A DNA stretch of 64,000 nt, from contig NC_134035.1 in the NCBI RefSeq assembly GCF_964204645.1, positions 6,510,001 to 6,574,000 of the forward strand, in the 5' to 3' direction. Shown here one piece after another: positions 1 to 10,062 of this stretch (positions within the stretch are counted from its first letter, which is position 1; each line of letters starts with the position of its first letter). Made by a program: the position numbers and the translations under genes. This DNA is from Tubulanus polymorphus (Eukaryota; Animalia; Nemertea). The notes beneath the pieces are model-generated. The model ran no database searches. It worked only from the letters and a program-made list of their open reading frames with translations, and was not told where the DNA came from.

Positions 1-18
1 TATTGAAATTCGCGTGAT

Positions 19-88
19 TATTAGGATTTCTGCTGCCTTCGCAGAAACCCTATTGTATTCCTGCTGATTATTATTATTATTATTATCA

Positions 89-119
<31 letters not shown>

Positions 120-1451
120 ATTCTTTTTCACACTGGATCTTACTGAAAGGATATAAATAACTGCAACCTACTTTCACTGTCGTTGAAACCATTCGGTATC
201 ACAAGTACTAAGCTGCATTGACAAATACTGTATATGATATTAATCAGAATTGCACTGTTTACTCACTGTGAGCCTCTAAACATCGAAATTTAAGCCCGAT
301 TCAAACAGTATCCATCTACGTATGTGTATTGCCTACGTGTCATTCCCACAGCGCGTCAGTGCGTCTGTTTGTGTCAGTGTCCATATAAGCAGTGATAGAG
401 CTGGTGTACTAGATCTGTAGTTTTTTAGTATCTTTATATATATATGTGGCGCACTGAATGAGGTCAGTCTCGAGTGAACGCAACTGAGGAATTTTTGTGC
501 CGCATATACAAGCAATAGCCCTTGCAGTAACTTCCCTGGATAGAGCTAATGAATGCAGCTACGGTATCTATACGCGAGAGCCTGGATGGCTATATTCTGT
601 TAGCATTACAATATTCCTTGACGGATTTACTTGAAACTTTCGTGAGATGTACGGAACACAGGTACCTCCAGGTAAGTCGAGGGGATCTTAGATCGTTCAC
701 CCACAAGGGGGTGTTTTACATTTGAAAGTTCTGACATCAAAAAGTAACTGTGTGAGAAAATTTTTTGTCTTTGACTTTTCAGCTTCGGGTGAGCACGAAA
801 GTTGTTCATAACAGGCCGGAGGTTAAAAAAGTGAATGGCACGCCCTATCTGCGATTAATCGTTTGGGCTCTACGGGCTAGAAAATGGGCCCCCAAAATTT
901 TCAATGAGATTTTTGCTCCTAGCTCCTTAACCGTTGGAGATAGAATCGTGGTTGCAATGAGTGATCAGTACCCCTAGCGAAGACGCTTTTATTGATGTAT
1001 GGTATAACTATGTAACTCATATGGTTCTCCAGTAGCGCCACCTATAAGACGCTGGAATACGCATTTTCATCTATATCGACTAAGGGTATCAATGGATTTC
1101 TATAAAAATTGATACACATGTACCTGGTTACAAAACGAAGCGAACCCCTCATATGATTAGTTCCCATTTTAACCACTAGGGGGCGTAAATTTTGAAAAAT
1201 CGATTTCAGCATCCATTTTTTCGCATTTAATGCGGTCTGTTTATTATGAAAATAACTACCGACCACTTGGGCATGGTCAAAGTACCGTATCTTCGTTATT
1301 CTCGTTGTCATTTCCCCTTACCTTGGTACATTAGAACTTTTCGCGTAGTATCCCATGTGAATCAACATAGCCATGTTATCAGCTGACCCCTAGGTTGCGC
1401 TCCTCGTCCAGCAAGGCAGAAACCCGTTATCGCTGCTTTGCAGCTATATTT
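19..1451 (+). mobile_element. Non-autonomous Helentron/HINE (DINE-1-like) element, family 1 relative, inserted into the (TTA)n tract of a related element
   Basis: 5' inverted repeat taggatttctgc(22-33)/gcagaaacccta(41-52) followed by a (TTA)n microsatellite. 3' subterminal repeat gcagaaaccc (1416-1425), then hairpin gctgc-ttt-gcagc (1432-1444) and a T-run. The flanks rejoin to give tattgaaattcgcgtgatta|ttattttt...ccacac, similar to the family-1 head at 8917-8961. Confidence 0.7.
67..120 (+). repeat. (TTA)n microsatellite in HINE head
   Basis: Direct reading of the sequence. Confidence 0.9.
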
Positions 1452-1650
1452 ATTATTTTTTTTCCCTTTTCCACACAGTTTTTGTTAAAAGTGTAAAGGC
1501 TTCCTTACCTTACCGCTGTCGCCGATACAATCCGCATGATATCCTTCAGCTCACTTCAATCTCCAGATACTGCATGGGAATGTTGATAGATCCACGTTAT
1601 AAAGGCACTGTCGAGCCGTAAACATCGTAAATTTGGCTCCGTTCAATTAG
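1452..1650 (+). mobile_element. Continuation of the outer family-1 HINE interrupted by the 19-1451 element
   Basis: Diverged match to 8945-9130 (ttaccttaccgctgt..tacaatcc..ttcagctcact..ctgtcgagccgtaaacatcg). Its 3' end may be the terminus at 8797-8832. Confidence 0.6.
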
Positions 1651-1800
1651 TAGCCATCTTGTGTTTTCGCTCCGAAATTTCTCTCTTCTTCATAAGGAAG
1701 AGCTATCGAATTATTCCCTCTCTTCTCCACAATCAATTTCAAAGTCAATTTTATGAATTTATTGCTCAGCGGGTCCGAGTCCAAGAGTTTACGAGTCCGG

Positions 1801-1902
1801 CGCTGGTGTAAATGCTAGTTCCCCAGCCAGCCTGCCGATACAACAACCAGCCGGTTACAGATGGCGGAGAACCGGATTTACCTTCACAGATCGACGGTTA
1901 CA
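1801..1902 (+). repeat. 102-bp direct repeat, copy 1 (copy 2 at 3145-3246)
   Basis: cgctggtgtaaatgc...gatcgacggttaca is near-identical at an offset of 1344 bp. Confidence 0.85.
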
Positions 1903-3144
1903 GATGGTGGAGAACCCAAATGTAAGTCCTCGTGACTTACACAAGTACAGATGAAGCTGTTAAACTATTGGTTGTGACTGGAACGTTGACCTCACGAGAA
2001 GATCGTATTCAACTACACCTGTGACGAGATGGCCGTACTGATCGTGAACATTGCTGCTGTTTCAGTGGGTACAATGCATTACGGTAACTTTTTGTCAGCC
2101 GAAGGTAATACAGTTGCTTCTTTGTCTCGAATTAGTGGTAAGATGAACATGATAGAAAATTATAGGAATTTGGATATAAGATACTACCGTACGATCAAAA
2201 AAAGTTATCGCCGGTTTAAATAGTATGATTCACAATTCTTTTTTTCTAGGCATCTAGTTCCAATCAGAATAAATCGATTTTAGTTTCATTTCGTACTATA
2301 AGTATTAGAATACGGAACACTTCTCAGGGGATATGTCTAAGCTTAATTAGTCAAATTCATCTACTTACAGTACAGTGCGTATCTATACTTTTTTTCGCAA
2401 CAAACTATTTCGACTATACTAAAGGTTTAATCGGCAATTTTCATTTTCATAGGTTCATATTTTTTGTTTGTTAGTATAACTAAAACATGAAGATGAATTG
2501 GTTGAATTTTTATGTGGACAAATATATAATCTCAGTTACACCTGGCCACTTATTTTGGATGATAATAATTTTTTCCTTTTGGTTGACAAAAGTTGTATTT
2601 GTGTTGTGCCATTGCCTGATGTCAAATGTTGCATGTTACTATCATTGTGTCACGAAGTTATTTCCAGTCAGTAATCGAAAGATCTTCAAAACAGAGAAAT
2701 GCGTACTACTTGCAACTTACATCAACAACTGATCTTCGGGACGCTATAAATACACAACACGTCGCTACTTCTGTTCGTCGCGGAACCAACCAGAATTCGG
2801 GGATCCTCTGCAGATCATTCAAAATCACGGTTAACGTCTTATCGCATCGTCCATAAATAACTACAACATGTGACTCTTTCGTGAATGACTGAGAATCCGG
2901 CCGTTACTGTCCAGCGTTTGCACATTTTCGCGGGGTGAAAGTCAATCTTTCATGTCTTGCGATGGAAGGAGTTTTAATGAAGTTATAGCATCTGCGTTTT
3001 CCGAAATTTGGAGGACCAAATTTAATTGGACAAGGGGGCATCTGTCACCCTGACATAATTTCCATATTTCATAATCATATAGATCTACAATGTCATATCG
3101 AACAGTTCATAACATTTCATAGCTCTACTATTTCATAGCTCTAC

Positions 3145-3246
3145 CGCTGGTGTAAATGCTAGTTCCCCAGCCAGCCTGCCGATACAACAACCAGCCGGTT
3201 ACAGATGGTGGAGAACCGGATTTACCTTCACAGATCGACGGTTACA
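3145..3246 (+). repeat. 102-bp direct repeat, copy 2
   Basis: Matches 1801-1902; preceded by a tandem tttcatagctctac duplication (3115-3144). Confidence 0.85.
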
Positions 3247-3288
3247 CTATATAGGCCTATTATATAGTACCCAATAGCATTTTAAGTA

Positions 3289-4484
3289 CGTAGTTGTTAC
3301 CTGTACGTGACTGTACGGTGATCTCCACAGGTTAACCGTACGTGAGTTCCCTACTAACGCCGTACGTGAGTTCCTATAATCTGCAAACAGGCGTGCGTAA
3401 AAGAATAGAGTTTGGGTTAGGTGAGGCTAGGCTATTTGTAAATCAAATTTCATCTAACCTGCAGTTACGTTCTGTGGTAGTCAGTAACCTGTCTGTGGTT
3501 TAGTTTCACAATCGGATATTTTCACAAACCACAGTCAGGAATGGGAAGGTCATTTTTGTATGAAATCTTCGTCAGCCAATTTGACTGACGAGTAATTTGC
3601 CTGGCATTTCATTGTCTCTTAGGCCTAAGATATCCGTCTAATTTTTGTTGTAATCGACGCACAACAGATTCGTAGTTTGTCTGATACCTATAACACCTCA
3701 CCTGACGATCTTAATCCATGTGCAAATCGGCCGTAAAGTGAGAGTAAATTTCCGTCGGGTCAACAGCTGCCATTTTGAAAATTACTGGAGGTGGTGGCAC
3801 CTGTGGACTGAGGCCAGGACAACAGCACAAACTAACGAAGCGAAACGACGAAATTGAAAAAAATTAAGAAATCAACACTTATTCACATTTTTCTTTTACC
3901 AGAATTTATTATTTCATAATTTAATATGGAAAACCTGAAGATTTGAAATATAAGTTGGAAAACCATCAAAAATAAAAATTGTCGTTTCGTCTTGGAAGTT
4001 TTATATAAATCCTTGTAGGTCCCCTTGTCTTATCATCCCACATGTGCAATACAGAGAAATGGCGGCCAATGGCGAAATTGGTGGAGAAATTAATTAATTT
4101 CTCAAAATAATGTTGATTAACCACTCGAAACATACATGAAATTGGATTATTTCGAAAGGTACATGTGTTAGATTGTGAATTAAGCCATTAATTTTGGACT
4201 GAAGTGAATATAAAGTATATTTTTGAAGTGTTACTTTTTTCAACCGTGTTTTGGTCCTTGTCATCCCTAACGTTGGTATAAGCCCATCCGATTATAAAAA
4301 GCTTACCACCAACGATTAGGTAACTAACTAGTTCTGTGGCACAGTGGGTAACTCACTGGACTTCTACTGGATTTTTTTTTTCGTTTGGTTTCGAATCCCA
4401 ATATTGCATGTCTGAGCGTCAACGTACTCACATATGGCTAACCTGTAGTAATCGCCGTACAGTCACGTACAGGTAACAACAGCG
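3289..4484. mobile_element. Non-autonomous TIR DNA transposon, MULE/Mutator-like
   Basis: TIRs cgtagttgttacctgtacgtgactgtacggtgat / atcgccgtacagtcacgtacaggtaacaacagcg. Perfect 9-bp TSD ttttaagta at 3280-3288 and 4485-4493. No transposase ORF. Confidence 0.8.
4331..4400 (+). other. tRNA-derived / Pol III-like segment (SINE-head-like) inside the MULE-like element
   Basis: Box A-like tggcacagtgg (4337-4347) and box B-like ggtttcgaatccc (4387-4399). An internal T10 run means it is not a functional tRNA gene. Confidence 0.4.
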
Positions 4485-4670
4485 TTTTAAGTATTAAGTG
4501 AGTGCGACAAGCCTATACCATGCCTATGTGCTACAAACACAACTTTTCCCCTCTCGTCTGCCCTACAGTGATGTTACTAATAACTGGTGCCATTATAACA
4601 TGGATAGGATTTGGTCAGGACTAGCCTAAAGTCTAATTCAGTCTATGTACTAATTCACTCGATAGGCCTA

Positions 4671-5217
4671 TTTTTAGCCCACTTGGGACTTTAGTCCCAG
4701 CGGGCTATTGTGTTCACTTTTCGTCCGTCGTCCATCCGTCCGTCCGTAGACGGAATCCAGTTATTTTGGGAAGTTTTGAAGAGGCTTCAATGTAATGTCT
4801 TGATATTTGGGTTACACATGTATCTACCCTAGACACATCTTCAGCCCAAAAACTGGCCCTGTCAGAATCAAGATGGCCGACTGGCAGCCATTGTTGTTCG
4901 CCAAAATCATGACAGCTCATGACATTATCTATGATTGTGGCAAGTTTTAAGGCCAATAGTTATTCTATGTGGTCACCAGGGGGCGTTGAATAGTAGAATA
5001 ACTTAGTATTTCCTTATTATATTGGTACCTCGGCATATTTTGTTACCATGATCAATTACAAAGTTATGGTTCGTGACATGTTCTATGATTGTGGTGAGTT
5101 TCAAGGTCAATGGGTTTTGAATATGGTCACCAGGGGGCGTTGAATATTGAAATTGTTAGATTGTTGAGCATTCGGAACCACTTCCCAAGTGGGCATGGTG
5201 TCCCTGGACCCCTAGTT
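4671..5217 (+). mobile_element. Complete non-autonomous Helentron/HINE element, family 2
   Basis: Leading T-run, subTIR gcccacttggga (4677-4688) with 5' hairpin, (CCGT)n microsatellite (4722-4747), two ~154-bp core repeats, inverted subTIR tcccaagtgggc (5183-5194), 3' hairpin gtcc-ct-ggac and CTAGTT end. Confidence 0.85.
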
Positions 5218-5995
5218 AAAACAAAACAGTGAAGTATTCACACGCAGAAAGGCCAATTGATTTGAGCCATGTGATTAAATTTGGCCAGGCCTTCTCTGAC
5301 CTGCTGATATTAATAGTCAAACCTAGATCCAAAACGTTCATATGGTCACGGCTTGTATACCAGAAATCATTGTAGGTCTGTACATTTTGCTGTTCGTAGG
5401 TTTGGTATACCGATTTCTCCATTCTTGACTGTGTACGGTACAGCTGTACGCATTAGGCCTATACAATTGTTCCAATGGGAATAGGGCCTATTGATTGGGC
5501 TTATTATTTCCTGCTTTAGAATACTGAAATAAGCCTAACGTTCATTCAAATATCCAACATCGGTGAAATTTTGATTACTGTATACATGTACTGTAGGTTT
5601 TCATGTTGTATGAATATTTTGCAGTTCAAATGAGTATGATGCTGATTCCAATGTCAAACGCATGAAGTTAGATGGACAGTCAACACCAAGATATCTCTCT
5701 TCGACCGATGTTGCACCATAGAAGATCTGATTCTTTCAAACCAAGCAAAGTGATTCAACACGATCGACATAACACTGGAATAGGTTTGCAGTAACTAAAT
5801 GGTTCATTTCATCAGGGAAGTGTGATGAGATGGAATACGGACGCTATTGTGCAGCTCTTGTCGAATGTGCGTTGTAATTGCCCTAAAGCCGATAACGGTT
5901 CGTCGGCGAGCGCTTTGTTACGTAACGCGCCGATAAGCGATAACCAGCGAGATCGGGAATCTCCGTAATAATTCAGTTGTTTCCGAATATCGGTT

Positions 5996-6404
5996 TTTCA
6001 TCCCACAATAAACTTATATAAAAATTCCTCTGTAAACTGGTTAAACTCAACACCTGATTTCCCCTCATCAATTTTAGTCGATCAACTTGTATTCACAATT
6101 GTCTTAAATTTAAGTGCCCCCTAGTTTGTCTCTTAACTGCTTCTCTTTAATCTGTTTTAGCGTGTAACTGTTTCTACGTTAATTTTCCTTTAGTTAGTAT
6201 CATCTCTGATTACTTGAATTAGTCTCTTTGTCTCTGGATTGTATATATCTCTCATAATTTCTGTATTATTCATTATTTCTGAAGATGACTATTAGGACAT
6301 AGACGAAACGTTGAATAAACTACTAACATTTTTGGACTTTTTCGTTATCATTGTGGGATTCTCTCTACATCGCTTCAGACGGATATAGTGTTTTATCAAT
6401 CGTG
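5996..6404 (+). mobile_element. Penelope-like retroelement 3' end / pLTR fragment nested in the TIR element
   Basis: Contains a minimal hammerhead motif immediately followed by aataaa. Flanked by atatcggtt at 5987-5995 and 6405-6413 (possible TSD). Confidence 0.5.
6273..6318 (+). ncRNA. Minimal type I hammerhead ribozyme motif (Penelope-type)
   Basis: Stem I ttattt(6273-6278)/gaataa(6313-6318); core CTGAAGA (6279-6285); stem II gactat/atagac with one mismatch; GAAAC (6305-6309); GTT cleavage triplet (6310-6312). Confidence 0.65.
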
Positions 6405-6932
6405 ATATCGGTTCTTTCCACTGTATTAAAATGGCAACGGTTGTCAACGAAATTATAAATGATGACGATTTTGACGATCTATTCTTTGATAGTGACGAAT
6501 TGGTTCAGATCGATACGGAAATATTACGGGAATCCTCTGGATCAGGATCAACTAATTCGGCCGATTCTAGTGAGTGTTATTCCTTTTGAATCAATGAAAT
6601 ATCGGAATAGTTTCCACCTAATTGCAGGCACTTTATTCTTTCCTTTTCTTTTTCATATAGGTACTTCTCAGGCTCAGCTGACCAGAGACTGCGATCTGAA
6701 CACGAGAAAACACACATACAGGTATTTTTTAAAATTTATTTTTATAATCAATACAATCCTTTTAGGTTATAAAATAATAAACGAATACAGAAAATAATAT
6801 ATAAACATAATATAAAAAATCCAGATAAGTACATGTTAAAATAATAATCATTATTATTATCTTCGCAGGAACACTATATATTTGGAAAAGGCTATGACTG
6901 AAGTGATTAACCATCGAGTATTTAAATTCAGT

Positions 6933-7265
6933 TCAAATGGAATGGCAGCAGTACATTATGGAAAATCGATCAATAAAATTTTGACTACAAATACGTCGCC
7001 GTCCAGACTTGGAATTGACCAGTGGTTTACATGTCCATTGTTTTAATTTGATAGTCACAGGGACAGTTTTTTTAACGTTTTTGTTCTTACGCCATTTTTG
7101 TAATTTGACACGACACATATTACAGATATATATCGGGTACTGTTCAGTATCATCATCAAAATCAATGTTGAACAACTCCTTCACATGGCTTTTGAAATTA
7201 TTTTTATCGATAGGACGACGATCCGGAGGTTTCGCATTTTTTCCACACAATCGACAAACATCCAT
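6933..7265 (-). CDS. Short C2-C2 zinc-finger protein (RAG1/Chapaev N-terminal-like or zf-AD-like); probably a truncated transposon gene
   Basis: MDVCRLCG...LFNIDFDDDTEQYPIYICNMCRVKLQKW...KQW. ATG at 7265 lies directly after a polypyrimidine tract and AG acceptor (7269-7268). Lies between the TIRs at 5813 and 7969. Confidence 0.6.
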   Translation of the reverse strand: MDVCRLCGKNAKPPDRRPIDKNNFKSHVKELFNIDFDDDTEQYPIYICNMCRVKLQKWRKNKNVKKTVPVTIKLKQWTCKPLVNSKSGRRRICSQNFIDRFSIMYCCHSI

Positions 7266-7433
7266 GACTAAAAACAAGAAAAGGTTAATTAAATGAGATT
7301 GCTGATGCTATTTAGGCAACTTGGTTTATATGGGGGACAATAATTTGTAGGCCTAATGTAAGCGTTATTAAGTAACATTATTATGTAGTAAATACACATT
7401 TTAAAGATCATACTTCGTGTATATGTTTGTGTC

Positions 7434-7455
7434 GTAACATAGCAACATGACGTCA
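7434..7455. promoter_or_regulatory. Adjacent X-box (RFX)-like and CRE motifs upstream of the zinc-finger ORF
   Basis: gtaacatagcaac (7434-7446) and perfect TGACGTCA (7448-7455). An NRF1-like tgcgcatgcg lies at 7747-7756. Motif match only. Confidence 0.35.
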
Positions 7456-8085
7456 GAAACGAAAGCTGCGCGAGTCTGGGCCGAAATATTTGACATCTTC
7501 AAGGCCCAAATAACGCTAAACCCGGAATCGGAACGAACTGGCAAAAACATATGTTTAACACATAAAAACAGACTTTAATCACAATATAAATACTTAATGT
7601 TCCGATACCGGGTTTCGGAGATATAGAAGAATAAAAATACATACCTTTTTGGACAAATTTTACGAGAAATTGTTGAATTTCAACCGATTTTCTAAAGAAA
7701 AATATGTGTATACAGAGCCACTTCCACGTTGTTCAATGAGCTGCAGTGCGCATGCGTAGTATCGATCGCAGAACATTTATCGGGCTAAAACTATTGCGGG
7801 TTGTTCTGCGACCGAATCAAAGTTGATGTTGACTGGTGTTCAGCTGGTAACACACACTCGATAAGCGTAGCTTACTGCTGTTGCGGTAACCTTTGATGTA
7901 CGGGCTGAATTGAATAGCCTACATCCGGCAATTAAAAGCGTCCGTATTCCATCTCATCACACTTCCCTGATTTCATTTAGTCTTATGTACTTTTTTTAGC
8001 CAATTTGAATTTTATTGTAATTGAAACTCTGGAACTGTTAACAAAAGACAAGTTAAAAAAACACAAGTTATGCCTGATTCTCATG

Positions 8086-8114
8086 TTCAAATTTAATTCA
8101 AATTCAAATTTATT
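8086..8114 (-). mobile_element. Possible LINE 3' tail
   Basis: Minus strand reads aataaa followed by (tttgaa)n-like repeats, a common CR1/L2-type tail. No ORF supports it. Confidence 0.3.
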
Positions 8115-8796
8115 TTATTACATCATATTTACAAAGCATATCATTGGTTCATACAGTAATCAAAATTAGGAAAGAACAAATATTATTACAGAATTTTTAA
8201 AAAAGCAATAAATTTCTATAACTAAATTAACATTATTTTTCTAATAACTCAGATCAAGAGTGACTCTCCCGTTTATTAGGAAACACACGCAACAAGTGGA
8301 ATAGGTTTGATTTACACACATGTTGCAGGTATCAATTGTTTATCACTATAGAATTTGTAATCCATAAAAGCCAAAATCAACATCAGCCGGAAACCCAGAC
8401 CAGATCTACACTACAATATATGTACATGTATTTATTCAAATATTTCAATAAAAACATTAACTTCTTCAATCTATTCTAAATCATAATACGTTGTTATCTG
8501 TAAATTCACTCAATCTTTCGACTCAGCAGGTGCTTAAGATAAGTTCTTAATAGGACAGATCCATTTTTAAGCATGGTGATAATACAGTAGTATCATGATG
8601 TTCGAATGCCAGAACAAATGCCTGGTCAAATAGATTAATATTTGTTGATTGTACGTCCGCGTATGTTCGGTTTCAAAGCTGAATCATATTTGACGTTTAC
8701 ACAGTGGTAGCATATTAGGTTCGAATCTGTCAATGCATTTTATTTTATGTATCGATATTTCAATTTACTACAATTCCCATCTTTCTGAATGGCTTT

Positions 8797-8832
8797 GCAG
8801 AAAACCCGTCATCGCTGCTTGGCAGCTATATT
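8797..8832 (+). mobile_element. HINE family 1 3' terminus
   Basis: gcagaaaacccgtcatc followed by hairpin gctgc-ttg-gcagc and tatattt; same motif as 1416-1451 and 15289-15325. Confidence 0.75.
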
Positions 8833-8886
8833 TAGGGTTTTCTGTTATTTCACAGAAAACCCTATTGATATCCGCGTGATTATTAT
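8833..8886 (+). mobile_element. HINE family 1 copy A, 5' head (interrupted; resumes at about 15326)
   Basis: 13-bp perfect inverted repeat tagggttttctgt/acagaaaacccta; this 54-bp head is repeated identically at 8887-8940. Confidence 0.7.
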
Positions 8887-10062
8887 TAGGGTTTTCTGTT
8901 ATTTCACAGAAAACCCTATTGATATCCGCGTGATTATTATTATTATTATTTTCTTCCACACTATTTTTACCAAAAGAACATAGGCTTTGTTACCTTACCG
9001 CTGTTTCATATACAATCCATATAATATCGTTCAGCTCACTGAGATCTACAAATAGCCCGCGTGTTTTTTCACGAATCATCGTTACAAAAGCGCTGTCGGG
9101 CCGTAAACATCGAAAAGTTAGCCCCATTCAATGGGGCGACATGTTTTTCGAGTCGTCATCCCGAAATCAACCCGCAGGCCGACTGTCACTTCGATTATCA
9201 ATTCAAGCATAAATGAACTAATTTATTGCCGCAGACTTCAAATTCAGTCGCGGTCTTCAAACAGTGATTTTAACAATAGCCCATTTTCCTCACCAAATCA
9301 TATTACCGATACACTTGAAATTTACTACTTTAGATTTTAAAAGCACTGTCGAGCCGTAAACATCGACAAATCGACGTGTGTTACTACATCGTCGTTCCGG
9401 GGATCAGCTGCGAGTTTCTCCTCATCATGAGAATCAAATCGAGTACAAATTAATTTATTAATACCAGTAATTTGGCTGCGGTTTCAAGGAGTTAGTATAA
9501 CAATACCTATTTTTCTTTACCGAATTAACCGAGTATTTACTAAGATAAATCTTTAGTGTACCGAGGAATCGTAGGCCTAAACTAAACACGCCGAAGAGAT
9601 ATAGCGGAGAAAAGCTGTTATGTCGACGAGGTATCAAAATAAAAGAATATATTACTTTATTCGGCCGCGGGCTTCAACCTCTATATCAATACCATCAATA
9701 CTCTATATTTCCTACAGAACATACCGATCATTGTCAAATGCACAAGGTATTTACTAAATACAAGTATAAAACACATAATCCTTTCCGTATGCTGGACTCA
9801 CACTTGACATTCGGAGTAAGCGTTCGCTGTGGGGGAAAGGGATCGTTCGCTGTGTCGCTTGAATTGTTTATCGAGTTTGACGCGGCTTTAGGCCTACCGG
9901 TACTGAGCTTTACTGTCTCAAACAAACACAGTACAATTGTTGCGTTTATTAACGGACTCATTGGATTGAACTTCAAAACAAAATTTACGATATTTAGGTG
10001 GGTTGTTGAATTCAATAGGCCTACGACCAATCTGTCCGGATGTTAGGCCTACGCATATACAT

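Larger units (their letters stand above)
5813..7969. mobile_element. 2157-bp TIR DNA transposon (P-superfamily-like termini), non-autonomous
   Basis: Perfect 33-bp TIRs cagggaagtgtgatgagatggaatacggacgct (5813-5845 / 7937-7969). 7-bp TSD atttcat at 5806-5812 and 7970-7976. The superfamily is inferred only from CA..TG ends and TSD length. Confidence 0.85.

Noticed and set aside
3414-3431. Telomeric repeat or chromosome end
   Set aside because: Only one exact TTAGGG, located inside a TIR element.
4331-4400. tRNA gene
   Set aside because: An internal T10 tract would terminate Pol III and no cloverleaf can be folded; kept only as a SINE-like relic.
6933-7277. Calling the ORF RAG1 or the element a ProtoRAG/RAGL transposon
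   Set aside because: No RING, core or RAG2-like ORF is present, the TIRs lack the CAC heptamer-like start, and the TSD is 7 bp rather than 5 bp. Only an N-terminal motif resemblance exists.
8768-8983. ORFs with a duplicated NNNHADINRVFCEITENP peptide
   Set aside because: Translation of the duplicated 54-bp HINE head and (TTA)n.
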